33,781 bases of DNA from Bacteroidota bacterium (GCA_051746885.1 JBNJFN010000003.1:1-33781); one strand, 5' to 3'. Numbered from the stretch's first letter, positions 10,477 to 19,613 are shown. Numbers and translations: made by a program. The notes: a model not told the origin generated them from the sequence alone.

Positions 10477-12360
10477 TTAGGGAAGGAAAGTTTTCAGCCA
10501 CCATTCAAAGCTTAGGAGAGACCAAATAAGCAACCTGTTGTTTTTTCTAGCAGAAAGGTGTTCATCGATTTTGCCCATCGCCATTTCAGGCTGAACAAAA
10601 TCGTATATCCTGGCATTTCGGTTATACAGAAGTTTTTTTATGTAGTCAATGCTTTCTCCTTTAAACCAGCTTGCATCAGGAGCGGAAAAACCCTGTTTTA
10701 TCCCGTTTGCATATTGATAAGGCACATATTTGTTGAGCACTTTTCTGAGAAGGATCTTCCCATCACTGGTCTGATGAAAATATTTCCGGGTCTTGGGGCC
10801 GGGCTCATTCTCATTGATTCGGGTTACCTCCCTGAGGTTATTTAGCTTATATCGGACGGGGACTTTCATGGCAAAGTCCACCAAATCATTATCCAAAAAA
10901 GGAACCCTCATCTCTAGACCATTCGCCATACTCAATTTATCTTCTACCAGCAACAGGCCCTGCAGGAAGGTTTTAATTTCAAAATACAAGGAATTATTGA
11001 TATATTGCTCCGGTGTATCTATTTGAAAGGGCCCGTTGGGATTGTTCAGAATGTTTTTAAAAACCTCTTTGGTGGGATAACTGGCAACATCTTTATAAAC
11101 AGAAGGATTGAAAAATTCCTGTTTTTCCTCATCCGATATCAGGCGTGACCAATAATCATAATATTTGCTGATGTAATGGTCAAAGTCATGATTTACTACC
11201 GTACGGTAATAGCGCCAGGGATAACCGGCAAAAAGCTCATCACCACCTATACCTCCAAGAGAAACCTTGACAAATTTCGCAGCCAGACGGTGGATGTAAT
11301 AATTGGGATAACACTGTCCTACCCTAAGATCCTCAAGATGCCATGTAAGGGCAGGCATAACCTTTTCCATGTCACCGGCCTTCAACACCACCTCATATTG
11401 TTCGGTTTTAAACTGGTTTGAAAGATACTCTGCTTTGGTCCTTTCATCAAAGGCCATTTCCATACCCGAAGCGGAGGAAAGGTCGAAGCCTGCAGTAAAG
11501 GTTTTCAGATCGGGAAAAGTTTTTGAAGCAATGCTGGTAATGGCTCCGGAGTCTGTACCACCACTAAGATAAGATCCGATCTCCACATCGCTGATCAAAT
11601 GGCGATTAACTGCCCGATGAAAAAGGTGCGTCAGTTCCTCAATATATTCATCCTCGGATAAAAATAGCTCATTATCCTCAAAATGAAAATCCCAGTACTT
11701 TTCAATGTTTTTCCTGCCCTCTTCCAGATGATACTCTATAAAGGTACCGGAAGAGACCATCCTGATTCCTTTAAAAAGGGTACGGTCCGAAAACACATTT
11801 TGAAAAGTAAAATATTCATTCAATGCTTCATTTGATACTTCCACCCGATAATCGGGATGCTGAAGAAGAGATTTGATTTCAGAACCAAATACCACCTTCC
11901 TTCCATCATCCCAGTAATATAGCGGTTTTATCCCATACCGGTCTCTTGCCAGCACCAGGGTATTTTTCTTTCTGTCCCAGATGGCCAAAGCAAACATACC
12001 GTTGAACTTAGACAAAGCTTCCTTATCCCAAAAGCTCCATGCATTCAGGACAACTTCCGTATCCGAAACAGAATGAAACAAGTATCCTTCCTTTTCAAGG
12101 TGAGTTTTAATTTCTTTGAAGTTGTAGATCTCGCCATTGTAAATGAGCACATAACGACCATCATTGCTTATCATGGGCTGATGGGCAGCAGAGGTCAGGT
12201 CCAATATAGCAAGCCGTCTGTGGCCGAGACCAATGAAACCATCTGTCCAGAATCCTTCACCATCCGGCCCCCGGTGTTTAACCATCCGGGTCATTTTCCC
12301 CAGAATACCCTGAGGAAGTGGCGCTTTATAATAATTGAATATCCCGGCAATCCCACACAT
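10477..12360 (-). CDS. asnB: Asparagine synthase (glutamine-hydrolysing)-like amidotransferase of a glycan locus
   Basis: N-terminal MCGIAG (Ntn Cys), HRGPD, NGEIYN, SDTEV, RDRYGIKPLY, LSGGTDS, GGDELFAGY, RVPFLD and KQGF motifs. Confidence 0.95.
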   Translation of the reverse strand: MCGIAGIFNYYKAPLPQGILGKMTRMVKHRGPDGEGFWTDGFIGLGHRRLAILDLTSAAHQPMISNDGRYVLIYNGEIYNFKEIKTHLEKEGYLFHSVSDTEVVLNAWSFWDKEALSKFNGMFALAIWDRKKNTLVLARDRYGIKPLYYWDDGRKVVFGSEIKSLLQHPDYRVEVSNEALNEYFTFQNVFSDRTLFKGIRMVSSGTFIEYHLEEGRKNIEKYWDFHFEDNELFLSEDEYIEELTHLFHRAVNRHLISDVEIGSYLSGGTDSGAITSIASKTFPDLKTFTAGFDLSSASGMEMAFDERTKAEYLSNQFKTEQYEVVLKAGDMEKVMPALTWHLEDLRVGQCYPNYYIHRLAAKFVKVSLGGIGGDELFAGYPWRYYRTVVNHDFDHYISKYYDYWSRLISDEEKQEFFNPSVYKDVASYPTKEVFKNILNNPNGPFQIDTPEQYINNSLYFEIKTFLQGLLLVEDKLSMANGLEMRVPFLDNDLVDFAMKVPVRYKLNNLREVTRINENEPGPKTRKYFHQTSDGKILLRKVLNKYVPYQYANGIKQGFSAPDASWFKGESIDYIKKLLYNRNARIYDFVQPEMAMGKIDEHLSARKNNRLLIWSLLSFEWWLKTFLP

Positions 12361-13547
12361 CAGGGGGCGACTTTATTGAGTTGATCAAACAGATAATCCT
12401 TTTCCTCCTCTTTCATGGCAGGATAAAAAGGTAAGGCGATGGTAAGCCTGTCGGCAGCATATGCATGGGGAAAATCCATTTTATGGTATCCATATTTGTC
12501 CTGATACAGCTTTTGCATAGGTACTGAATGAGTTCCGGGCCTGGTCATGATACCCTTTTCTTCCAGCTTGCCCATCAGGGCATTTCTCTCTTCATGGAGT
12601 TTGTCCAGTTGATTGGCGTCATTTTTTTCAAGAGCATCATAAGTCTCCTGGGGTTTAAAAAGAGTACAGAAGGTCTGAAAGCTATGTTGATATCCTTTCG
12701 GAACAGTGGGTAACTTTAACCAATTAATATGGTATAAGCGATCATTGAATTCCCGGGCTAGTTGTGTTTTAATATTCAGGATCTCGTCAAGTTTTTCCAT
12801 CTGAGCAACTCCCATGGCTCCTTGTAAATCCGTCATCCGCATGTTATATCCCACCCACTCATATGTACTCATCTGAAAACTCTTTTTTCCGGGATACTTT
12901 GTATGATCGCTTATATCGGCACCATGATCTCTCAGGCTCCGGGCCATGCGATCAACACTTTCCTGATTGGTGATGACCATGCCCCCTTCGCCTGTTGTGA
13001 TTGATTTTCTCGGATGAAATGATAATATGCCTGCATCCCCGAAAAGCCCACAATGCGTATAATTGAGGCGGGACCCCAACCCACAGGCACAATCCTCCAC
13101 AATCCTTATATTATGATTCGCAGCAATATGGGTTATTTCAGGCATATCAGCAACAAGACCGAAAAGGGTTACAGGATAAATGGCTTTTGTCCGGGTGTTT
13201 ATATGCTCTCTTATCTGACCCGTATCGATATTAAATGTATCCAGCGATATATCACAGAATACAGGTCTGGCACCCAGGAATTCGACAGCATTAGCTGTGG
13301 AGATCCAGGTAAAGGCAGGCAGAATAACTTCATCATACGGCTGAAGATCCAATATCCTTGACATAATGAACTGCCCGGAGGTACAACTGCTAATCGCTAC
13401 TGAATAACGGGCACCTGTGAAGCTTGCAATTCTTTTTTCAAACTCCTCCACCTTAGGACCCTGGACCAGCCATCCGGAATCCAGTGATTCCTTTATAAGT
13501 TCATATTCCCGGTTAGAAACATAAGGTTTGGTGATGGGGATATACAT
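12360..13547 (-). CDS. DegT/DnrJ/EryC1/StrS PLP-dependent sugar aminotransferase
   Basis: SGWLVQGPKVEEFE, EDCAC, SFHPRKSITTGEGG (PLP Lys) and GYNMRMTDLQ motifs; TGATG overlap with asnB. ATG at 13547 preferred over TTG at 13577. Confidence 0.92.
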   Translation of the reverse strand: MYIPITKPYVSNREYELIKESLDSGWLVQGPKVEEFEKRIASFTGARYSVAISSCTSGQFIMSRILDLQPYDEVILPAFTWISTANAVEFLGARPVFCDISLDTFNIDTGQIREHINTRTKAIYPVTLFGLVADMPEITHIAANHNIRIVEDCACGLGSRLNYTHCGLFGDAGILSFHPRKSITTGEGGMVITNQESVDRMARSLRDHGADISDHTKYPGKKSFQMSTYEWVGYNMRMTDLQGAMGVAQMEKLDEILNIKTQLAREFNDRLYHINWLKLPTVPKGYQHSFQTFCTLFKPQETYDALEKNDANQLDKLHEERNALMGKLEEKGIMTRPGTHSVPMQKLYQDKYGYHKMDFPHAYAADRLTIALPFYPAMKEEEKDYLFDQLNKVAP

Positions 13548-13615
13548 TGGAACAAATGCGAATTTTCCCGATTTCAACTATTGTATCTATACAAATAAAA
13601 AAAATGCATGACTAA

Positions 13616-13749
13616 AAACATTGTTAAACAGTTACATTGTTGCCATTGCTAAATAATTATTGGATTTCAGATTTTACATCTCTTGTCATTCGATTGGCCA
13701 GAGGTTACCATAAAAATCAATTTGACAATGTGTCAACTTATCAATGAAA
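13616..13749. repeat. Intergenic mosaic of degenerate short tandem repeats with two oppositely oriented octamer arrays
   Basis: aaacattg/ttaaacag/ttacattg/ttgccattg (13616-13648); gatttca/gatttta (13663-13676); caatttga/caatgtgt/caacttat/caatgaaa (13718-13749). Confidence 0.6.
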
Positions 13750-13776
13750 CTTGCTTCACAATATACCTGTTTGTAA

Positions 13777-14754
13777 TTAAGAGAGTTTACCGGCATCCCT
13801 CCATTGGATAAGTTTCTGCAACCCCGTTTCCAAACCAAAATGATAACGAAACCCAATATCCTTTTCTGCCTTTTCTGTAGAGCCTATACGGTTCTTTACC
13901 AGTTTTCGGGTATCTTCACTGGAATAGGGTTTATAGATCACTTCCAGGTTGGAGCCTTTCAATTTCAGAATGGTATCACAAAGCTGACTGACGGAAGTCT
14001 GAACCCCTGTGCCCACATTGTAAAACTCATCTGTAGAAGATGATTTTAAGGCAAGAACATTGGCCCTGGCAACATCTTCCACGTAAATAAAATCATAAGC
14101 TTGCGAACCGTCTCCGTTAATCACAGGAGTTTCTCCAGCATCAATTTTGTTCAGCATAACTGGAATTACTCCGCTGTATGCTGATTGCTGGTCCTGGTAT
14201 GGCCCATAAACATTCATATACCTCAAACCTACATAATTTAGACCGTATCGTTCATAGAGCGATCTACACATAGCTTCTCCTGAAATTTTGGTGGCACCGT
14301 AAAAATTGCGGTTATTGAAAGGATGGTCTTCACTCATGGGGAATTCAACAGCATCGCCATATACAGAGGCGGAAGATGAATATACCAACTTCTTAACTTT
14401 ATTATGGATACAGGCCTCCAAAACGTTGAATGTACCTTTGATATTCACCTCAAATGCAGCCCTTGGATAATCTCTGCAATGTAATAGCCACAATGCAGCC
14501 AGATGAAATACATAATCCACACCACTCAAAGCTTCATTCAATATATCGATCTCCCGTATATCACCGCCATGGGGAAAGACTTTACAACGATTATCCTTCA
14601 AAGGTTCCTGAATATTTTCCCTTTTACCGCGGACAAAATTATCGTATATGATCACCTCCCTCACATCTTCCTTCAACAGTTCCCTTACAATAAAACTGCC
14701 AATAAACCCAGCACCGCCAATAATAGCAACTTTTGAACCCTTTAAACTGAACAT
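13777..14754 (-). CDS. NAD-dependent epimerase/dehydratase (extended SDR)
   Basis: GGAGFIG, HLAA, YSSSASVYG, YGATK, LRYMNVYGP and DFIYVEDVA motifs; alternative in-frame ATG at 14784. Confidence 0.92.
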   Translation of the reverse strand: MFSLKGSKVAIIGGAGFIGSFIVRELLKEDVREVIIYDNFVRGKRENIQEPLKDNRCKVFPHGGDIREIDILNEALSGVDYVFHLAALWLLHCRDYPRAAFEVNIKGTFNVLEACIHNKVKKLVYSSSASVYGDAVEFPMSEDHPFNNRNFYGATKISGEAMCRSLYERYGLNYVGLRYMNVYGPYQDQQSAYSGVIPVMLNKIDAGETPVINGDGSQAYDFIYVEDVARANVLALKSSSTDEFYNVGTGVQTSVSQLCDTILKLKGSNLEVIYKPYSSEDTRKLVKNRIGSTEKAEKDIGFRYHFGLETGLQKLIQWRDAGKLS

Positions 14755-14773
14755 CTCAGTTAATCTTACATTT

Positions 14774-15826
14774 TCAAATGTCATAGTACGCCCTGTACCA
14801 CTCGACGAACTTCTTCACCCCATCCCGGATATTGGTCCGGGGTCTGTAACCGAAATCTTCAATCAGGTCATTTACATCGGCCCAGGTTTTATACACATCA
14901 CCAGGCTGCATGGGCATAAAATTTTTCTTTGCTTCCCTGCCTGTTTCCTGTTCTATTGCTCTGATGAAATCCATAAGATGCACTGGATTGTTGTTTCCTA
15001 TGTTATAGATTCTGTAAGGAGCGGGTGAGGAGGCAGGATCCGGAGACATTCCGCTCCAGTCAAGAGTGCCGGAAGGAGGATGATCAATCACCCGAACAAT
15101 CCCTTCGACGATGTCGTCAATATATGTAAAGTCACGCTGCATATTCCCGTTGTTGTACACATCGATTTGCTGATCGTTGAGAATTGCCCTTGTAAAAAGG
15201 AAAAGTGCCATATCGGGTCTCCCCCATGGACCATAAACGGTAAAAAAACGCAAGCCGGTTGTAGGCAGTTCATAAAGATGACTATAGGTATGAGCCATCA
15301 ATTCATTGCTCTTTTTACTCGCTGCATAAAGGCTTATGGGATGATCCACATTATCATGGGTTGAAAAAGGCATGGATTCATTCATACCGTAGACACTTGA
15401 ACTGCTTGCGTAAGTCAAATGTTCTATTTGATTGTGCCGACAAGCCTCAAGTATGTTCAGGAATCCAGTCATATTGCTGTCAAGATATGCATATGGATGG
15501 GTTATGCTATACCTGACCCCTGCCTGTGCTGCCAGATGGCAAACCCGATCAAATTGCTCATATTCAAAAAGCTGAAATAGATTATCTTTGTCTTTCAGTT
15601 CAAGCTTTATAAAACGATAATTGGAATATATTGTACTTTTGATTAATTTATTATATCCAACCATATGCTTCTCAATTCCTGTCTCTCCCAACCGATCGTA
15701 TTTTAGTGAAGGTTCGTAGTAGTCATTGATGTTGTCGAGTCCAACCACTTCATCGCCTCTGTTAATAAGTTTTTGTGCAAGGTGAAAACCTATAAAACCT
15801 GCCGTTCCAGTTACCAATATTTTCAT
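14774..15826 (-). CDS. NAD-dependent epimerase, UDP-glucuronate 4-epimerase (Uge/CapI/LpsL-like)
   Basis: GTAGFIG, HLAAQAGVRYS, PISLYAASKK, RFFTVYGPWGRPDMA and MQPGDV motifs. Confidence 0.92.
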   Translation of the reverse strand: MKILVTGTAGFIGFHLAQKLINRGDEVVGLDNINDYYEPSLKYDRLGETGIEKHMVGYNKLIKSTIYSNYRFIKLELKDKDNLFQLFEYEQFDRVCHLAAQAGVRYSITHPYAYLDSNMTGFLNILEACRHNQIEHLTYASSSSVYGMNESMPFSTHDNVDHPISLYAASKKSNELMAHTYSHLYELPTTGLRFFTVYGPWGRPDMALFLFTRAILNDQQIDVYNNGNMQRDFTYIDDIVEGIVRVIDHPPSGTLDWSGMSPDPASSPAPYRIYNIGNNNPVHLMDFIRAIEQETGREAKKNFMPMQPGDVYKTWADVNDLIEDFGYRPRTNIRDGVKKFVEWYRAYYDI

Positions 15827-15946
15827 AGCAAAGATTTGTTATTTTTTACAGCTCCGCCACATCAGTCACATTTGACTGACCCGGCTTTTCTTCTATTAAA
15901 AGTAAAAACAGCACACTTCAATCAAAAGTGCCAACAAAATAATCCC

Positions 15947-17245
15947 TTAAAGACTCCAATAATCCAAGTTGTTGATTTTATCCCGGTAAATGCCTTTAAC
16001 ATCAACAAAGAGTGCTCCCTCGGAGGCTTTGGCAAGAAAATCTTCCTCGGAAAGATTGGCATATTCCTTATGAGGCACGGCAAGAATAAGGGCATCATAT
16101 GGTCCGTCGTCTCCGTTGACGAGATCAATGTCATATTCCTCTTTGATTTCCTTCGAAGAAGCATGCGGATCCATGACATCTAATTTATTGATCCCAAACG
16201 AACGCAATTCATCCACTACATCAATTACTCTGGAATTGCGTATATCGCTAACATTTTCCTTAAAGGTGGCACCATATATTAAAATCCTGGCATATTTGGG
16301 GTTTTTATCTTTTGCAATTAACTTCTTTACTATCTGCTTGGCCAGGTATCTGCCCATCGAATCGTTTACAAACCGCCCGGCATGAATAACCTGAGCATGA
16401 TATCCCAATTCACGGGCTTTATAGGTAAGATAATAGGGATCCACTCCAATACAGTGGCCTCCTACAAGCCCCGGGTAAAATTTCAGGAAGTTCCACTTGG
16501 TAGCTGCAGCTTCGATGACTTCATAGGTGTTAATATTCAGCCGGTTAAAGATGATAGACAGCTCATTCATAAAAGCAATGTTCAGGTCTCTCTGGGCATT
16601 CTCAATCACCTTCGCAGCCTCTGCGACTTTGATCGAGCTGGCCTGGTGAATACCGGCCTTGATGATCAGTTGATATACTTTTGTGATGTTGTCAGCCGCC
16701 TCCTCATCAGAGCCTGAAGTTATCTTCTTTATGGAAACCAGTGTATGAGCCTTATCTCCGGGGTTAATGCGCTCGGGCGAGAATCCCACCTTAAAATCAT
16801 CTCTGAAATTCAAACCGGATTCGCGCTCTAAAACCGGAACACAAGCCTCTTCAGTGGCTCCTGGATATACAGTTGATTCAAACACCACATAATCACCCTT
16901 TTTAAGCACCTGAGCCACGGTTTTGGTTGCACCAAGAAGCGGAGCCAATTCCGGTTCATTATGTTCATTAATAGGTGTGGGAACTGTAATAACATAAAAT
17001 TTGGCCTGTTTGAGATCCTCAATGTTGGAAGTATACTCTATTTCGCAATCATCGAAAGCAGAAGATGGAAGTTCATTGCTGGGATCTTTACCGTTTTTGA
17101 TCATTTCCACCCTTTCTTCATTGATATCAAAACCAATCACAGGTACTTTTCTGGCAAATTCAAGGGCAATAGGAAGGCCGACATAGCCTAATCCTATCAC
17201 CGCTATTTTTTCTTCTTTAGCTATAAGCTTATCGTAAATGTTCAT
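15947..17245 (-). CDS. Nucleotide-sugar 6-dehydrogenase (TviB/WbpO-like UDP-HexNAc dehydrogenase)
   Basis: GLGYVG, VPTP, ESTVYPG, SPERINPGD, IENAQRDLNIA, PGLVGGHCIGVDPYYL (catalytic Cys) and FKENVSDIRNS motifs. Confidence 0.93.
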   Translation of the reverse strand: MNIYDKLIAKEEKIAVIGLGYVGLPIALEFARKVPVIGFDINEERVEMIKNGKDPSNELPSSAFDDCEIEYTSNIEDLKQAKFYVITVPTPINEHNEPELAPLLGATKTVAQVLKKGDYVVFESTVYPGATEEACVPVLERESGLNFRDDFKVGFSPERINPGDKAHTLVSIKKITSGSDEEAADNITKVYQLIIKAGIHQASSIKVAEAAKVIENAQRDLNIAFMNELSIIFNRLNINTYEVIEAAATKWNFLKFYPGLVGGHCIGVDPYYLTYKARELGYHAQVIHAGRFVNDSMGRYLAKQIVKKLIAKDKNPKYARILIYGATFKENVSDIRNSRVIDVVDELRSFGINKLDVMDPHASSKEIKEEYDIDLVNGDDGPYDALILAVPHKEYANLSEEDFLAKASEGALFVDVKGIYRDKINNLDYWSL

Positions 17246-17251
17246 GGGGCA

Positions 17252-18211
17252 TTATTTTAAATTGTTACATAATGGATGATACTCTCCTTTTAAACCAATA
17301 GGGGTAGCATTACGAATGGTATAAACGGTTTCTATGGATCTTCTGGAATTTTCCAGACCAAAGCCATTGTCTTTCAATATTTCTTCATAGCTCAATGTAT
17401 GGAGATCGGTAAAACCCCCGCTGAATTCTATTTCCTCTCCATCAACAGTAATAGAGCGGTAGGTTCTCTTTCCTTCTTCCTTATAACTTTCAGGAAGATC
17501 GTTATAATCTACGCTTAAAAACCACCTCACCCTGGCTTTCTCCAGATCCAGATATCCGGCGGCTTTATCTTTACGGTAAACATGCACCAGATTTTGTTTA
17601 ACATCTCCAAAAATCCAGGTAAGCATATCGAAGAAATGTACACCAATGTTAGTGGCAATTCCCCCTGATTTTTCTTCATTTCCTTTCCAGGAAATAAAAT
17701 ACCAGTTTCCACGGGAAGTTATGTAGGTCAGATCTATATCATATACCTTATCCTTCGGCCCCTGACCGATCTTATTTTTTAATTCAATAATCGAAGGATG
17801 TAATCGCAATTGCAGTATGTTATTAACTTTCCTGGTGGTCTCCTTTTCAATCTCAATAAGGGCATCCAGGTTCCAGGGATTTAAAACCACAGGTTTCTCA
17901 CATATGGCATCAGCCCCCTGCCGTAAAGCAAATCGTATGTGGGAATCATGTAAATAATTAGGTGTGCATATGCTGATGTAATCAATATGCACTCCCTTTC
18001 TTTTCAATTTATCCAGGTGACGATCAAAACGTTCATACTCGACAAAAAAGTCGGCTTCAGGAAAATAATGATCAATAGCACCAACACTGTCAAACTTATC
18101 CAAAGCTGCAACAAGATTATTATTGGTCTCCTTAATAGCCCTGAGATGCCTGATGGCAACATAACCGGCAATGCCAATAATTGCGAAATTTTTCCCACTT
18201 TTATAACCCAT
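17252..18211 (-). CDS. wbpB: Gfo/Idh/MocA oxidoreductase, UDP-GlcNAcA 3-dehydrogenase (WbpB/WlbA)
   Basis: Closely resembles P. aeruginosa WbpB as I recall it: KNFAIIGIAGYVA, CTPNYLH, CEKP, DLTYITSRGNWY, ATNIGVHFFD, EFSGGFTDLH. Confidence 0.88.
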   Translation of the reverse strand: MGYKSGKNFAIIGIAGYVAIRHLRAIKETNNNLVAALDKFDSVGAIDHYFPEADFFVEYERFDRHLDKLKRKGVHIDYISICTPNYLHDSHIRFALRQGADAICEKPVVLNPWNLDALIEIEKETTRKVNNILQLRLHPSIIELKNKIGQGPKDKVYDIDLTYITSRGNWYFISWKGNEEKSGGIATNIGVHFFDMLTWIFGDVKQNLVHVYRKDKAAGYLDLEKARVRWFLSVDYNDLPESYKEEGKRTYRSITVDGEEIEFSGGFTDLHTLSYEEILKDNGFGLENSRRSIETVYTIRNATPIGLKGEYHPLCNNLK

Positions 18212-18235
18212 ACATCTAAGTTTTCTTCAAACACC

Positions 18236-18243
18236 CAAATATA
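18236..18243 (-). promoter_or_regulatory. Bacteroidota -7 promoter element (TATATTTG) for the glycan operon
   Basis: Exact TAnnTTTG match 24 nt upstream of the wbpB ATG; no clear -33 TTTG. Confidence 0.55.
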
Positions 18244-18373
18244 CTCAAAAAGTTTTATCCTGATCCTTTATAAGCATGAATATTCTTTGAATATCTAACA
18301 ATTTGCCATTTTTATCAAAAAAGACAGCAAGATCATAATTTTACTTTATAAAAAGCAATGATTTTTTCCCATT

Positions 18374-18409
18374 TTCTTATAAATTTTTTAATTTTATAAG
18401 AATTTCTTA
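18374..18409. promoter_or_regulatory. Overlapping inverted repeats, candidate operator
   Basis: TTCTTATAAA-N9-TTTATAAGAA (18374-18402) overlaps TAAGAA-T-TTCTTA (18397-18409), just upstream of the small HTH-like gene. Confidence 0.4.
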
Positions 18410-18427
18410 AACTAAAAGATCTTTATT

Positions 18428-18685
18428 ATGACAATAACATTCAATGAGTTAAGGAAAATCAAGGACAGTCTTCCGCACGGTGCTATCAAAGAAATCGCGG
18501 AACAATTGAACATTAAAGAAGAAACCGTCAGAAATTACTTTGGAGCAACCGATTATGAACACGGTGAAAGTGTTGGGATTCATTTCGGACCGGGACCTGA
18601 CGGAGGAGCTGTTACCATTGATGATCCTACGATACTCAATATGGCCATGAAAATTGCACAGGAAGAAGGCGATCTACAAAACTAG
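18428..18685 (+). CDS. Small Bacteroidota DNA-binding (HTH-like) protein
   Basis: TITFNELRKIKDSLPHG, HTH-like IKEIAEQLNIKEETVRNYFG and GPDGG, matching a conserved Bacteroidota family as recalled. Confidence 0.8.
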   Translation: MTITFNELRKIKDSLPHGAIKEIAEQLNIKEETVRNYFGATDYEHGESVGIHFGPGPDGGAVTIDDPTILNMAMKIAQEEGDLQN

Positions 18686-18700
18686 CTCAAAGTCAGCTTC

Positions 18701-18735
18701 TAAAAAAAGCAGAAAAAATTTTTCTGCTTTTTTTA
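18701..18735 (+). terminator. Intrinsic terminator, potentially bidirectional
   Basis: Perfect 17-nt inverted repeat taaaaaaagcagaaaaa-a-tttttctgcttttttta with A7 and T7 tracts, 15 nt after the stop codon. Confidence 0.8.
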
Positions 18736-18738
18736 TGC

Positions 18739-19599
18739 ATGACAAACAACAAGATGGATGAACTAAAGAAAAAACTAAAAGCACTCGAATCGAGATGGAT
18801 GAAATTGTTTTTTACGCAGTTAAAAACTTACTTTTCAGGAATCCATCTACCCTCACATGATCATTGGCATCACTACAGAGTGTGGCAGTTTGTAAAGATC
18901 ATTCTTGCCCATCTTGAACAAAAAGGGATAGCCTTCAACAGCCATGAAATCACAAACCTGATGCTGGCTTCCCTGTTTCACGATGTGGGTCTGACTCAAA
19001 CGCTTGATGAATGGCATGGCAAGGCCGGGGCTGATATATGCAGGGAATATATTGAATCAGGCAAGCTATATCAACAGACAGATTTTTTACCCGCATTGGA
19101 GGCAATTGAAAAGCACGATGACAAACAATACAATCAAACAGAAGCCATTAAAGGCAAACCCTCCATTCTGTTTATTCTAAGTACGGCCGATGATCTGGAT
19201 GCCTTCGGTTTCATAGGAGTAGTAAGATATGCGGAAATCTATCTGCTTAGAAATACCAGTATTAAGGATATTCCTGATAAAGTAGCAAAGAATGCAGATC
19301 AGCGCTTCCGGCATTTAAATAAAACATTCCGGCATTTTGAAGAATTGATAGATCAACAGAAACAGAGATATGAGTCATTGGTGCATTTTTACAAGTGTGT
19401 TAATTCATCTGCCACATCAAATAACAATAACAGAAATATCCTTCAACACATTCGAAACAATGTCGAAAATCAGCAAAATAACAACAACCTGACTGATTTA
19501 TTAAATCCCATTGACTCAAAATATATTAAAAGTTTTAAAGAAAAAATTATTAAAGAGCAGCAGCATTTCGGGGATTACAGCATGGAGCCGTTCACATGA
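18739..19599 (+). CDS. HD-domain metal-dependent phosphohydrolase
   Basis: HDHWHHYRV, LFHDVG, HGKAGA, IEKHDDK and ADDLDAFGFIG motifs; alternative ATG at 18754. Confidence 0.85.
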   Translation: MTNNKMDELKKKLKALESRWMKLFFTQLKTYFSGIHLPSHDHWHHYRVWQFVKIILAHLEQKGIAFNSHEITNLMLASLFHDVGLTQTLDEWHGKAGADICREYIESGKLYQQTDFLPALEAIEKHDDKQYNQTEAIKGKPSILFILSTADDLDAFGFIGVVRYAEIYLLRNTSIKDIPDKVAKNADQRFRHLNKTFRHFEELIDQQKQRYESLVHFYKCVNSSATSNNNNRNILQHIRNNVENQQNNNNLTDLLNPIDSKYIKSFKEKIIKEQQHFGDYSMEPFT

Positions 19600-19613
19600 C
19601 GTGCTTCCTGTGG

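Noticed and set aside
10477-12360. Lasso-peptide cyclase or housekeeping asparagine synthesis
   Set aside because: Intact Ntn glutaminase domain, glycan-locus context, and no precursor peptide or B protein nearby
15922-16179. 85-aa same-strand alternate-frame ORF over the dehydrogenase 3' end (possible frameshift)
   Set aside because: The main ORF is intact, with a normal C-terminal domain and length
17252-18211. GnnA-type enzyme for diamino lipid A
   Set aside because: Motifs fit WbpB/WlbA and the gene is paired with a uronate-forming dehydrogenase, not with lpxA
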